NCBI GenBank assembly: GCA_964469225.1
Contig: CAYXYC010000002.1
Location: 1 to 35,689 of the forward strand
Reading direction: 5' to 3'
Source: an uncultured Candidatus Saccharibacteria bacterium
GTDB lineage: Bacteria; Patescibacteriota; Minisyncoccia; Phycocordibacterales; UBA9973
DNA: 35,689 nt
Position 1 is the first letter of the stretch; the number at the start of each line of letters is the position of its first letter. The notes under the pieces are model-generated. The model was not told where the DNA came from and ran no database searches. It was given only the letters and a program-made list of their open reading frames with translations. The position numbers and the translations under genes were made by a program. Shown in pieces: positions 9,252 through 16,903 of the stretch.

Positions 9252-10103
9252 ATGAAAAAATACAGACCAACAACTCCATCAAAACGACATCAGACAACGG
9301 TTACTTACCGTGGTGTGCTTTCAAAGACCAAACCAGAGAAATCTCTAACTTATGGTTTCAAGCGCTCTGTTGGTCGAAATAACCAAGGACGCATTACTAC
9401 TCGCCACAAAGGTGGTGGACATAAGCGTCTCTATCGTGATGTTGATTTCCATTACAATAAGATTGATATTCCAGCGAAGATTACTTCTATTGAATATGAT
9501 CCAAACCGCAATGCCTTTATTGGTCTTGCTGTATACCGCGATGGTGAAAAGCGTTATGTAATCGTTCCAAAAACAGTTAAAGTTGGCGATACATTTATGG
9601 TTGGTGAAAAAGCTCCGCTTACTGTTGGAAATCGTCTCCCACTTCGTCTCATTCCTGTTGGTACATTTGTATATAATATTGAAATCAAGCCAGGGAATGG
9701 TGGAAAACTCGTTCGTTCAGCTGGGACATTTGGTCAGGTTGTTGCGAATGACCTCGGATTTACAAACATCAAGATGCCATCAACAGAAGTTCGCAAAGTT
9801 CCTGAAAACTGTTATGCATCTATTGGTGAAGTTTCAAACTCTGAATATCATCTTCAAAACTTTGGTAAAGCAGGACGCTCTCGTTGGAAGGGTATCCGCC
9901 CAACAGTTCGTGGTTCTGCCATGAACCCAGTTGATCACCCATACGGTGGAGGTGAAGGTGCACAGGGACGAGGTCTCCGTCGTGCGAAGACTATGTGGGG
10001 TAAGCCATCAGGAAAAGGTCAGAAGACACGCACTCCAAAGAAATACTCAAATCGATTTGTCGTTTCCCGCCGTCGTGTTGGAAAAGCAAAGAATTCAAAA
10101 TAA
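9252..10103 (+). CDS. rplB: 50S ribosomal protein L2
   Basis: 'RHKGGGHKRLYR' and 'MNPVDHPYGGGEG' signatures. Confidence 0.97.
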   Translation: MKKYRPTTPSKRHQTTVTYRGVLSKTKPEKSLTYGFKRSVGRNNQGRITTRHKGGGHKRLYRDVDFHYNKIDIPAKITSIEYDPNRNAFIGLAVYRDGEKRYVIVPKTVKVGDTFMVGEKAPLTVGNRLPLRLIPVGTFVYNIEIKPGNGGKLVRSAGTFGQVVANDLGFTNIKMPSTEVRKVPENCYASIGEVSNSEYHLQNFGKAGRSRWKGIRPTVRGSAMNPVDHPYGGGEGAQGRGLRRAKTMWGKPSGKGQKTRTPKKYSNRFVVSRRRVGKAKNSK

Positions 10104-10112
10104 TCTATCAAT

Positions 10113-10140
10113 CAAAAAATGCCCTACGGGGCATTTTTTG
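10113..10140. terminator. intrinsic terminator directly after rplB
   Basis: A-run, stem atgccc/gggcat (10119-10124 / 10029+100 i.e. 10129-10134), loop tacg, then T6. Confidence 0.7.
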
Positions 10141-10157
10141 ATGTATACTATTGCTAT

Positions 10158-10550
10158 ATGCAAAAACTATCAGAAAAAAAGCGGTTTTCAGTTGTAGCCC
10201 GAATTCAAAGCACGAATAATGCTTTGCGTGGAGTTGGTATTTTTATTCGTGCAACACATAATGCATGGCTCCATTTTTTCTTTGCCGGATGTGCTATTTT
10301 TCTCGGATTTCTCCTTTCTATTTCAACTTTTGAATGGCTAGTAGTCGTTATTGCTATTGCACTTGTTGTTATAACTGAAGCAATAAATACTGCCATTGAA
10401 ATTGATATTGATCTGACAAGTCCTAATTACCATCCGTATGCTCGTGATACCAAAGATGTCGCTGCTGGCGCAGCCCTTCTCGCTGTTGCCATGTCCGGGG
10501 TCATAGGACTTATTATTTTTTTGCCGAAAATACTTTTGATTTTGAAATAA
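10158..10550 (+). CDS. dgkA: diacylglycerol/undecaprenol kinase family membrane protein
   Basis: Three TM segments and the 'ITEAINTAIE..ID' DgkA motif. The ORF-track start 10119 lies inside the rplB terminator hairpin, so I use the ATG at 10158 (MQKLSEKK). Confidence 0.8.
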   Translation: MQKLSEKKRFSVVARIQSTNNALRGVGIFIRATHNAWLHFFFAGCAIFLGFLLSISTFEWLVVVIAIALVVITEAINTAIEIDIDLTSPNYHPYARDTKDVAAGAALLAVAMSGVIGLIIFLPKILLILK

Positions 10551-10582
10551 AAAAAAGAGGAACAATGTTGTTCCTCTTTTTA
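10549..10582. terminator. bidirectional terminator between convergent dgkA and PRTase genes
   Basis: 10-bp stem agaggaacaa/ttgttcctct (10556-10565 / 10568-10577), flanked by an A-run and a T-run. Confidence 0.75.
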
Positions 10583-10586
10583 CTCC

Positions 10587-11225
10587 CTATTTTAAAGGAA
10601 GATACCATTCTTCAAGTTTTTTTCTGTCTGATCGCTTAATTAAGTTTTTTGTTTTACCTACATAAAACATTTCAGGATAGGTAAACAAGGAAAAGATTTC
10701 GCACTTCTGGATGATATTATTCGAATCACTACCATAGTGGGTTTTTCCCGCAAATACTTTTTTTGTTTTTGAAAATTCATAATCAAAGATTGAAAAACAA
10801 AGAGAAACATATCCATTTGCCCTGCGAATTGTATTGATTGCTCGGGCTAGGCTTTCGCCTGTTGAAATAGTGCCCTCAACGATAAGCACTTTTTTCCTCT
10901 TAAAATACGACATTGTTTCATCGCTGATTTCCTGATAGGGAAGCCCAAGGGCATCAGCGAGCAATGACGCATAGGGAATGCCTGCCGTTGCTACTCCCGT
11001 AATAATTTCAGGCATCATATCGCGTTTAATTCCAAGGAAGGTACAAAAGCCATGTGTAATAAGTTTTCGGTGATCTGGGCTTCTAAGGAAAAGACGATCG
11101 TTAGTGTAAATGGGCGCTACGTCACCATTTTTCCAGTGGAATTTTTTTACGGGGTCAATCTCTATGATTCCTTCTGTCAGGGCGATTTCTGTCAGTTGTA
11201 CAGCAATTTCCTTTAAATTTTCCAT
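10587..11225 (-). CDS. type I phosphoribosyltransferase, orotate-PRTase-like (diverged)
   Basis: 'ITGVATAGIPYASLLA' followed by the PRPP loop 'KKVLIVEGTISTGESL'. Overall layout resembles PyrE, but the PRPP-loop acidic pair is E-G rather than D/E-D. Confidence 0.7.
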   Translation of the reverse strand: MENLKEIAVQLTEIALTEGIIEIDPVKKFHWKNGDVAPIYTNDRLFLRSPDHRKLITHGFCTFLGIKRDMMPEIITGVATAGIPYASLLADALGLPYQEISDETMSYFKRKKVLIVEGTISTGESLARAINTIRRANGYVSLCFSIFDYEFSKTKKVFAGKTHYGSDSNNIIQKCEIFSLFTYPEMFYVGKTKNLIKRSDRKKLEEWYLPLK

Positions 11226-11293
11226 ATATTTGTTTTTATTTTTACCTATTCTATTCCATTTGAATTCTTTGTCAATTTATATATCCGCCTTAT

Positions 11294-11321
11294 TTGACTT
11301 TATTTTTAGATTTGCTAGTAT
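11294..11321 (+). promoter_or_regulatory. internal promoter restarting the S10 operon at rpsS
   Basis: TTGACT (11294-11299), 16 nt, TGC-TAGTAT (11316-11321). Same module as the tuf promoter. Confidence 0.6.
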
Positions 11322-11359
11322 AGAACCCACGAGCTCTTGGTGAGCTTATTTATATTGAT

Positions 11360-11707
11360 ATGACACGGTCGCTTAAAAAAGGTCCATATGTTGATGAACG
11401 GGTCCTTAGAAAGGTTCTCGGCAAAAACCCTCTCGAAACAGGGGTTATTAAGACATGGTCTCGCGCTTGTGTTATCTCTCCTGAAATGGTTGGTTTCGTA
11501 TTTGGCGTTCATAACGGCAAAAATCACATCGAAGTCCTCGTTAGCGAAGACATGGTTGGTCACCGTTTAGGCGAATTCTCACCAACACGCAAGTTTACTC
11601 GTCATGGAGGTAAGATGCAGAAAGAACTTGAAGCCAAGGCAAAAGAAGCTGAAATCTCCGCTGCAAAGGCCGCAAAAGCTTCCCCTTCTGATACTAAGAA
11701 AAAATAA
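11360..11707 (+). CDS. rpsS: 30S ribosomal protein S19
   Basis: '[10 protein letters not shown]' and 'VHNGK..I.V.V.EDMVGH.LGEF.PTR.F..HG'. Has a K/A-rich C-terminal tail. Confidence 0.96.
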   Translation: MTRSLKKGPYVDERVLRKVLGKNPLETGVIKTWSRACVISPEMVGFVFGVHNGKNHIEVLVSEDMVGHRLGEFSPTRKFTRHGGKMQKELEAKAKEAEISAAKAAKASPSDTKKK

Positions 11708-11716
11708 CATTATATT

Positions 11717-12124
11717 ATGAAAGCGTTTCTAAAAAACTACAGACAGTCTCCTCGCAAGGTTCGCCTTGTAGCAGACTTACTCAAAGGCAAAAGGATTGCT
11801 GATGCTTTTGTTGAATTGTCAGCCCTCCCAAAACGAGCATCAGGCCCTATTAGTAAGCTCCTCGCTTCAGCGGTATCAAATGCAAAAGCGCTTGGAATTT
11901 CAACAGAAAATCTTACTGTTTCTAATATTACTGTTAATAAGGGTATTGTTATGAAGCGTTTTATGCCTCGTGCTCGTGGTAGTGCATCACGCATTAACAA
12001 GCGTACAAGTCATGTTATGCTTACTCTTGTTGAAAAAGAGCCAAAAACAAAGGCAAAAAAACAAGTAACAGCAAAGAAAGCAGTCGCAAAAAAGACAGTA
12101 AAAACTAAAAAAGAAGATAAATAA
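11717..12124 (+). CDS. rplV: 50S ribosomal protein L22
   Basis: 'SPRKVRLVADLLKGK' L22 signature. Has a K-rich C-terminal extension. Confidence 0.95.
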   Translation: MKAFLKNYRQSPRKVRLVADLLKGKRIADAFVELSALPKRASGPISKLLASAVSNAKALGISTENLTVSNITVNKGIVMKRFMPRARGSASRINKRTSHVMLTLVEKEPKTKAKKQVTAKKAVAKKTVKTKKEDK

Positions 12125-12127
12125 TAT

Positions 12128-12790
12128 ATGTCAAAAGTTGTCCATCCATACGCTCATAGACTAGTTGTCCTCCGTGATTGGAAATCACGCTGGTTTGCTG
12201 ATAAAAAATACAAGAACCTTTTGAAAGGTGATGTTGTTATCCGTGAATTTCTCGCAAAGAAACTCCGTGGATTCTATGTTTCTCGCGTTGAAATTGAGAG
12301 AAATGTAAAATCAACAAAGGTTATTGTTCATACTGCTCGTCCAGGTATGATTATTGGTCGTTCAGGTGAGGGCGCAACAAAACTCAAGAATGACCTCTTG
12401 AAAGAAATGAATAAGCGCGGTGTTGCAACGCCTGAAGATTTCAAGCTTGATATAGTTGAAGTCCCAAATGCTGACGCTGATGCTGCGGTAGTTGCATGTA
12501 TGATTGCTGAGGGTCTCGAAAAACGCCTTCCATTCCGCCGTGTTCTTAAACAAACAATCGAAAAAGTCATGTCTGCTCGTGGCGTAAAAGGCGCGCGTAT
12601 TTATCTCGGTGGTCGTCTTGGTGGCGCTGAAATCGCTCGTAGCGAACAGATCAAGCGTGGTTCTATTCCTCTTCAGACATTCCGCGCTGATGTTGATTAT
12701 GCTCGTGAAAAGGCGCACATGACATACGGAGATATCGGTATCAAGGTCTGGATTTACCGTGGTGAAGTATTTAATGACTCTAAAAAATAA
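12128..12790 (+). CDS. rpsC: 30S ribosomal protein S3
   Basis: KH-domain region 'ARPGMIIGRSGEG', 'GGRLGGAEIAR', and operon position. Confidence 0.96.
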   Translation: MSKVVHPYAHRLVVLRDWKSRWFADKKYKNLLKGDVVIREFLAKKLRGFYVSRVEIERNVKSTKVIVHTARPGMIIGRSGEGATKLKNDLLKEMNKRGVATPEDFKLDIVEVPNADADAAVVACMIAEGLEKRLPFRRVLKQTIEKVMSARGVKGARIYLGGRLGGAEIARSEQIKRGSIPLQTFRADVDYAREKAHMTYGDIGIKVWIYRGEVFNDSKK

Positions 12791-12793
12791 TCT

Positions 12794-13210
12794 ATGCTTA
12801 TTCCAAAGAAAGTAAAACATAGAAAATGGCAGACAGGTCGCAAAGACATGTCAAAAGTAACGCCTGATACGCGCGGTATTACTGTTGCGTTTGGATCATT
12901 CGGATTGAAAGCAACTGCTGGTGGCCGTATTCGCTCAAACCAAATCGAATCTGCTCGTAAGGCAGCATCTCGTGCTATGGGTAAGACTGGCCGTATGTGG
13001 ATTCGTATTTTCCCTGACCGACCATTTACACAAAAGCCAGCCGAAGTAGGTATGGGTAAGGGTAAAGGAAATCCAGAAGGATACTGTCTTGATATTCGCC
13101 CGGGTCGCGTATTATTCGAAATTGACGGCGTGCCAGAAGCAACTGCAAAGGAAGCTCTTCGTAAGGCAGGTACAAAATTGCCAGTCACAACTCGTGTTAT
13201 TGCGCGATAA
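12794..13210 (+). CDS. rplP: 50S ribosomal protein L16
   Basis: '[11 protein letters not shown]' N-terminus and 'MGKGKGNPE' motif. Confidence 0.97.
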   Translation: MLIPKKVKHRKWQTGRKDMSKVTPDTRGITVAFGSFGLKATAGGRIRSNQIESARKAASRAMGKTGRMWIRIFPDRPFTQKPAEVGMGKGKGNPEGYCLDIRPGRVLFEIDGVPEATAKEALRKAGTKLPVTTRVIAR

Positions 13211-13223
13211 TATATATACGATT

Positions 13224-13466
13224 ATGAAAAAAGAAACTGTAAAAACAAATAAGACATTGAAAGGCGTTGTTGTAAGCGACAAGATGGATAAGACCGTTGT
13301 TGTTAAAGTAAATCGCTTCGTTGAGCACTCAAAATACGGTAAGCGCATCAAGAAGACGAAGAATTACAAGGCGCACGATGAGAACAATGAAAAGAAGGTT
13401 GGCGATACGGTCGAAATCGAAGAAACAAAGCCAATATCAAAAGATAAACACTTTAAAGTTATTTAG
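13224..13466 (+). CDS. rpsQ: 30S ribosomal protein S17
   Basis: '[19 protein letters not shown]...H.KY.K' S17 signature. The ORF-track start 13089 overlaps rplP, so I use the ATG at 13224 (MKKETVK). Confidence 0.94.
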   Translation: MKKETVKTNKTLKGVVVSDKMDKTVVVKVNRFVEHSKYGKRIKKTKNYKAHDENNEKKVGDTVEIEETKPISKDKHFKVI

Positions 13467-13553
13467 TTATCAGATGGTCGTGAGCAGAAAGTAATAAGAA
13501 CAAAAAATTAATTGTACTTACTACTAACTACTTACTACTAACTATTAAAATAT

Positions 13554-13925
13554 ATGATTCAAGACGGAACAGTAGTAAAGATTACAGATAATGCCGGCGG
13601 TAAAGTCGGTAAAGTCTTCAAAGTGCTTGGCTCTTCAAGACGCCGATACGCATCACTTGGCGACAAGGTTGTTATTTCTGTCAAAATTGCTGAACCACGC
13701 AAGTCTGTTAAGAAAAAGGATGTGCATCAGGCAGTTGTCGTTCGTACTACGCAAGCATTTCGTCGAAAAGACGGTTCATATATTCGTTTTGATGATAACG
13801 CAGTTGTTATCCTTGAAAAGGATAAAATGGATCCTAAGGGTGGTCGTGTTTTTGGTCCAATCCCTCGCGAGCTCGCAGAGCGTGGATACCAGAAAATTAT
13901 TTCTCTTGCACAGGAAGTTATTTAA
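13554..13925 (+). CDS. rplN: 50S ribosomal protein L14
   Basis: 'MIQ..T...TDN.G' N-terminus and 'RFDDNAVV' motif. Confidence 0.97.
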   Translation: MIQDGTVVKITDNAGGKVGKVFKVLGSSRRRYASLGDKVVISVKIAEPRKSVKKKDVHQAVVVRTTQAFRRKDGSYIRFDDNAVVILEKDKMDPKGGRVFGPIPRELAERGYQKIISLAQEVI

Positions 13926-13930
13926 TTTAT

Positions 13931-14149
13931 ATGCATATTAAAAAAGGAGACAATGTAATAGTTATTACTGGAGCAGATAAGGGCAAGAAAGGCGCAGTAT
14001 TGAAATCATTTCCGACTATCGGCAAGGTTATTGTTGATGGCGTAAATATGAAAAAGAAAGCAGTGAAAGCTCGTGGAAAGAAAACACAAGGCGGAATCGT
14101 TTCAATCGCAATGCCTATTGATGCTTCTAATGTTAAAAAGAATAAATAA
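13931..14149 (+). CDS. rplX: 50S ribosomal protein L24 (short, 72 aa)
   Basis: KOW motif 'IKKGDNVIVITGADKGKKG' and its position between L14 and L5. Confidence 0.9.
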   Translation: MHIKKGDNVIVITGADKGKKGAVLKSFPTIGKVIVDGVNMKKKAVKARGKKTQGGIVSIAMPIDASNVKKNK

Positions 14150-14154
14150 ACTAT

Positions 14155-14694
14155 ATGGAAACAGTAAAGCAAAAAGAAAATAAGGCATTCAAAACACTTG
14201 GCGCAAAATATGGCTACAAGAATGTTATGGCTGCACCTCATCTTGTGAAGGTTGTTGTTTCTGTTGGTACTGGGTCAGCAATCAAGCGCGACAAGAATCG
14301 CAACACATTCATTATGGACCGTTTGGCGAAAATAACTGGACAGAAGCCGGCTACTCGTAAAGCAAAGAAATCAATTGCAAGTTTCAAGGTTCGTCAGGGT
14401 GATCAGATTGGTGTTATGGTCACACTTCGTGGTGCTCGTATGTACGGATTCCTCGAAAAGCTTATCAATGTTGCAATCCCTCGAACAAAGGACTTCCGTG
14501 GTATTGATCGCAAGATTGTTGATAATATCGGTAATATGACACTCTCAATCAAAGAACACACTATTTTCCCTGAAACAGGTGACGAAGAATTGAAAGATGT
14601 GTTTGGTCTCGGAGTAACAGTGGTTACAACAGCAAAGACTAAAGCAGAAGCTCTCGATTTTTTTGAACTCATTGGTGTTCCATTTAAAAAGTAA
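14155..14694 (+). CDS. rplE: 50S ribosomal protein L5
   Basis: 'F.VR.G..IG..VTLRG..MY.FL.KLI..A.PR..DFRG' L5 signature. Confidence 0.96.
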   Translation: METVKQKENKAFKTLGAKYGYKNVMAAPHLVKVVVSVGTGSAIKRDKNRNTFIMDRLAKITGQKPATRKAKKSIASFKVRQGDQIGVMVTLRGARMYGFLEKLINVAIPRTKDFRGIDRKIVDNIGNMTLSIKEHTIFPETGDEELKDVFGLGVTVVTTAKTKAEALDFFELIGVPFKK

Positions 14695-14703
14695 AATTAA
14701 TAT

Positions 14704-14729
14704 AAAAAATCCCCGAAAGGGGATTTTTT
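14704..14729. terminator. intrinsic terminator directly after rplE
   Basis: aaaaaatcccc / gaaa loop / ggggatttttt, a perfect 11-bp stem including the A and T tracts. Confidence 0.8.
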
Positions 14730-14755
14730 ATATTAGAAAATGATATACTTTTAAT

Positions 14756-15187
14756 ATGACAATATTAAGAGGTTTTGTATATTTACTCCTTGCTTCCCTT
14801 ATTTGTTTTGCAATCTATAAGTATTTTGCACTGGATACAAATCAGGATATTCAAGATTCGTTCAAGGAGGGGAATCTTACCAAGGCAGAACTGGCTATCC
14901 GTACAGTGATTTCAGAAAAACTGGCAAATGAGGCCAAGCAGTATCTCCATGATCACAATAATTACTTTGTTTCAAAATCTAATAACCTTTGTTTAAGCAC
15001 CAAGTCGCTTTTTACTGGGCTTGAGCAATTTACCTCAAATCCTGTCGAATGCGTAGCACAAGCTCACTCATTTACCGCTCGTATCAAGCGAGTCGGTTCT
15101 GACAGCTATTTCTGCGCTGATGCAAAAGGGTTTAATACTATTTCTGCAACAGAAGAGGGGTATGTGGCAGGGGTGAAGTGCAAATAA
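14756..15187 (+). CDS. membrane-anchored hypothetical protein (143 aa, Cys-containing ectodomain)
   Basis: N-terminal TM helix (GFVYLLLASLICFAIYKYF). First gene of the island inserted in the spc operon. Confidence 0.55.
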   Translation: MTILRGFVYLLLASLICFAIYKYFALDTNQDIQDSFKEGNLTKAELAIRTVISEKLANEAKQYLHDHNNYFVSKSNNLCLSTKSLFTGLEQFTSNPVECVAQAHSFTARIKRVGSDSYFCADAKGFNTISATEEGYVAGVKCK

Positions 15188-15195
15188 TCCTTCCG

Positions 15196-15222
15196 TTTCC
15201 CCTAGGTCCAACCTAGGGGAAA
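15196..15222 (+). repeat. REP-like palindrome, copy 1 (TTTCCCCTAGGTCCAACCTAGGGGAAA)
   Basis: 9-bp core stem cccctaggt/acctagggg with loop cca (core 15199-15219), flanked by TTT/AAA and then a T-run. Lies between the 14756 gene and the RAYT gene. Confidence 0.9.
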
Positions 15223-15248
15223 GTTTTTTATCTTGATATAATATTCAA

Positions 15249-15935
15249 ATGAGTTTGCGAGATAAAAATCTTGTGCCAGGTGAGTATTATCATATATATA
15301 ATCGTGGTAATGGAAAGAATATAATTTTTCATGATGATGAAGATTATCGACGTTTTACAAAACTCCTGTATCTTTGTAATTCAGAAAAGAAAATTAATTT
15401 TCGTGATTTAATTACAGACAACAAAATAGACACTTTTGATTTTGAAAGAGGTACCACTATTGTGTCTATTCTTGCGTGGGTTCTAATGCCTAATCATTTT
15501 CATCTAGTTCTTATTTCCCCTAGGTTGGACCTAGGGGAAGAAAAGGGTCAGAAATATAATTCAATTACTGAATTTATGAGAAAGATATCTACTTCTTATG
15601 CAATGTATTTTAATAAGAAATATAAAAGAACAGGGTCACTTTTTGAAGGTAATTTTAAGTCAAAACATATAGGCGAAGAAGGTTATTTTAATTATATTTT
15701 TTCTTATGTTCATTTGAATCCAATAAAACTAATTCAATCTGACTGGAAAGAACGTGGAATTATAAATGAACAAAAAGCATTGGATTATATAAACCATTTT
15801 CAGTATTCAAGTTTTATTGATTATTTTGGTGATTACCGGAAAGAATCAAAAATCCTTAATAAAGAATTTGTACCAGATTATTTAAAGATAAATCACGCAA
15901 AAGATATTTTTAATTGGATTAAAATATCTCATTAG
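15249..15935 (+). CDS. IS200/IS605-family Y1 (HUH) transposase, REP-associated tyrosine transposase (RAYT)-like
   Basis: 'YYHIYNRGN....IF.DD.DY..F' N-terminus, HUH motif 'MPNHFHLVL', 'GSLFEGNFKSKHI', and the catalytic Tyr region 'YVHLNPIK'. Flanked on both sides by the same palindrome. Confidence 0.8.
   Translation: MSLRDKNLVPGEYYHIYNRGNGKNIIFHDDEDYRRFTKLLYLCNSEKKINFRDLITDNKIDTFDFERGTTIVSILAWVLMPNHFHLVLISPRLDLGEEKGQKYNSITEFMRKISTSYAMYFNKKYKRTGSLFEGNFKSKHIGEEGYFNYIFSYVHLNPIKLIQSDWKERGIINEQKALDYINHFQYSSFIDYFGDYRKESKILNKEFVPDYLKINHAKDIFNWIKISH
15514..15539 (-). repeat. REP-like palindrome, copy 2 (inverted loop tgg), in-frame inside the RAYT CDS
   Basis: tttcccctaggttggacctaggggaa, core 15517-15537. 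Encodes S90-P-R-L-D-L-G-E97, five residues after the HUH histidines. Confidence 0.9.
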
Positions 15936-15962
15936 TTTCCCCTAGGTCCAACCTAGGGGAAA
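15936..15962 (+). repeat. REP-like palindrome, copy 3
   Basis: Identical 27-mer TTTCCCCTAGGTCCAACCTAGGGGAAA, starting 1 nt after the RAYT stop codon. Confidence 0.9.
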
Positions 15963-16015
15963 TATCCTGTATTGTATGACAGGTGATGCGAAGGTATTGG
16001 GATATTATGCGGTGC

Positions 16016-16043
16016 TTGACTTTTATTTTTAAAATGCTATAAT
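16016..16043 (+). promoter_or_regulatory. consensus promoter of the DGR target gene
   Basis: TTGACT (16016-16021), 16 nt, TGC-TATAAT (16038-16043). Confidence 0.65.
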
Positions 16044-16072
16044 ATAGCAAAATTTAAAAACAAAAGTCAGTT

Positions 16073-16585
16073 ATGAAAAAAGTTATGTTTCTTGTGCCAA
16101 TTATGGCATTCTTCCTTGCTTCCTGTGGAGGCGGTTCGTCTAACACAGTAGAAGATCTAGTGCTTCCTGTAACGGTTGATTATTCAAAATCAATCGAAAA
16201 AGCATTAGAAACTGGTCATTATGATTTCATTAATAAAGATATTTCATCAACCTCTTTCGCTAATGACAATAAAGACACAGTCATCACACTTGAGGCGACA
16301 TTGATCACTTTTAACAGGAGTATGGCTTCAGAAGATGTTGTGGCTCAATTAAAATCTCGTGGATTTCGTCCTGGTACAGCACGAGAACTTTATGCTCTTG
16401 GTGCACGCTATCCTCGACTTCAGAGAGAAATTTCTATTATTGCTCTTGGTTCAGTATCAGCGGCTTCCCACGTTCCCGGATTGTTTGAGGGTGTGGATGG
16501 TGATCGGGATGCGTATCTTTGGTTTTGGTCTGATGTTTGGAGTTCTGAGTACTGGTTTCTGGCTTTCCGCGACAGCACTTTGTAA
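16073..16585 (+). CDS. surface lipoprotein, putative DGR variable (target) protein with C-terminal variable region
   Basis: Lipobox FFLASC|GGGSS. The last ~40 aa (AASHVPGLFEGVDGDRDAYLWFWSDVWSSEYWFLAFR) are encoded by the VR. W/Y/G/D-rich C-terminus as in C-type-lectin-fold DGR targets (fold is inference). Confidence 0.8.
   Translation: MKKVMFLVPIMAFFLASCGGGSSNTVEDLVLPVTVDYSKSIEKALETGHYDFINKDISSTSFANDNKDTVITLEATLITFNRSMASEDVVAQLKSRGFRPGTARELYALGARYPRLQREISIIALGSVSAASHVPGLFEGVDGDRDAYLWFWSDVWSSEYWFLAFRDSTL
16460..16570 (+). repeat. DGR variable repeat (VR), codons 130-166 of the lipoprotein gene
   Basis: 111 nt aligning without gaps to 16904-17014. 97 identities and 14 mismatches, all at positions where the other copy has A. 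Confidence 0.85.
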
Positions 16586-16903
16586 CTTTGTATTTGTCTT
16601 AACAAAGATCCTTTGATTCTTTTGCACTTTGCACTTGGATTAAAGGGTTTTTTCTTTTATACTTACTATGAGAGTAGGAAAGTTGTGTACGGTTACGGCT
16701 TTACACCCCGAAATCAGAATCTCACTATCGAGAGCGTGGTCGGATATGTCTTACTGCGGAGTGATTTTGATGTATTCTTAATAAAAAAATAATATGTCGG
16801 TGTATATATCTGGTTGATTTTGAAATCACAAATAAAATACAGCATGATTCTTGAGATATATAATTCTTGAATCGGCAGTGTCACAGATGGGTATATACAC
16901 AAA

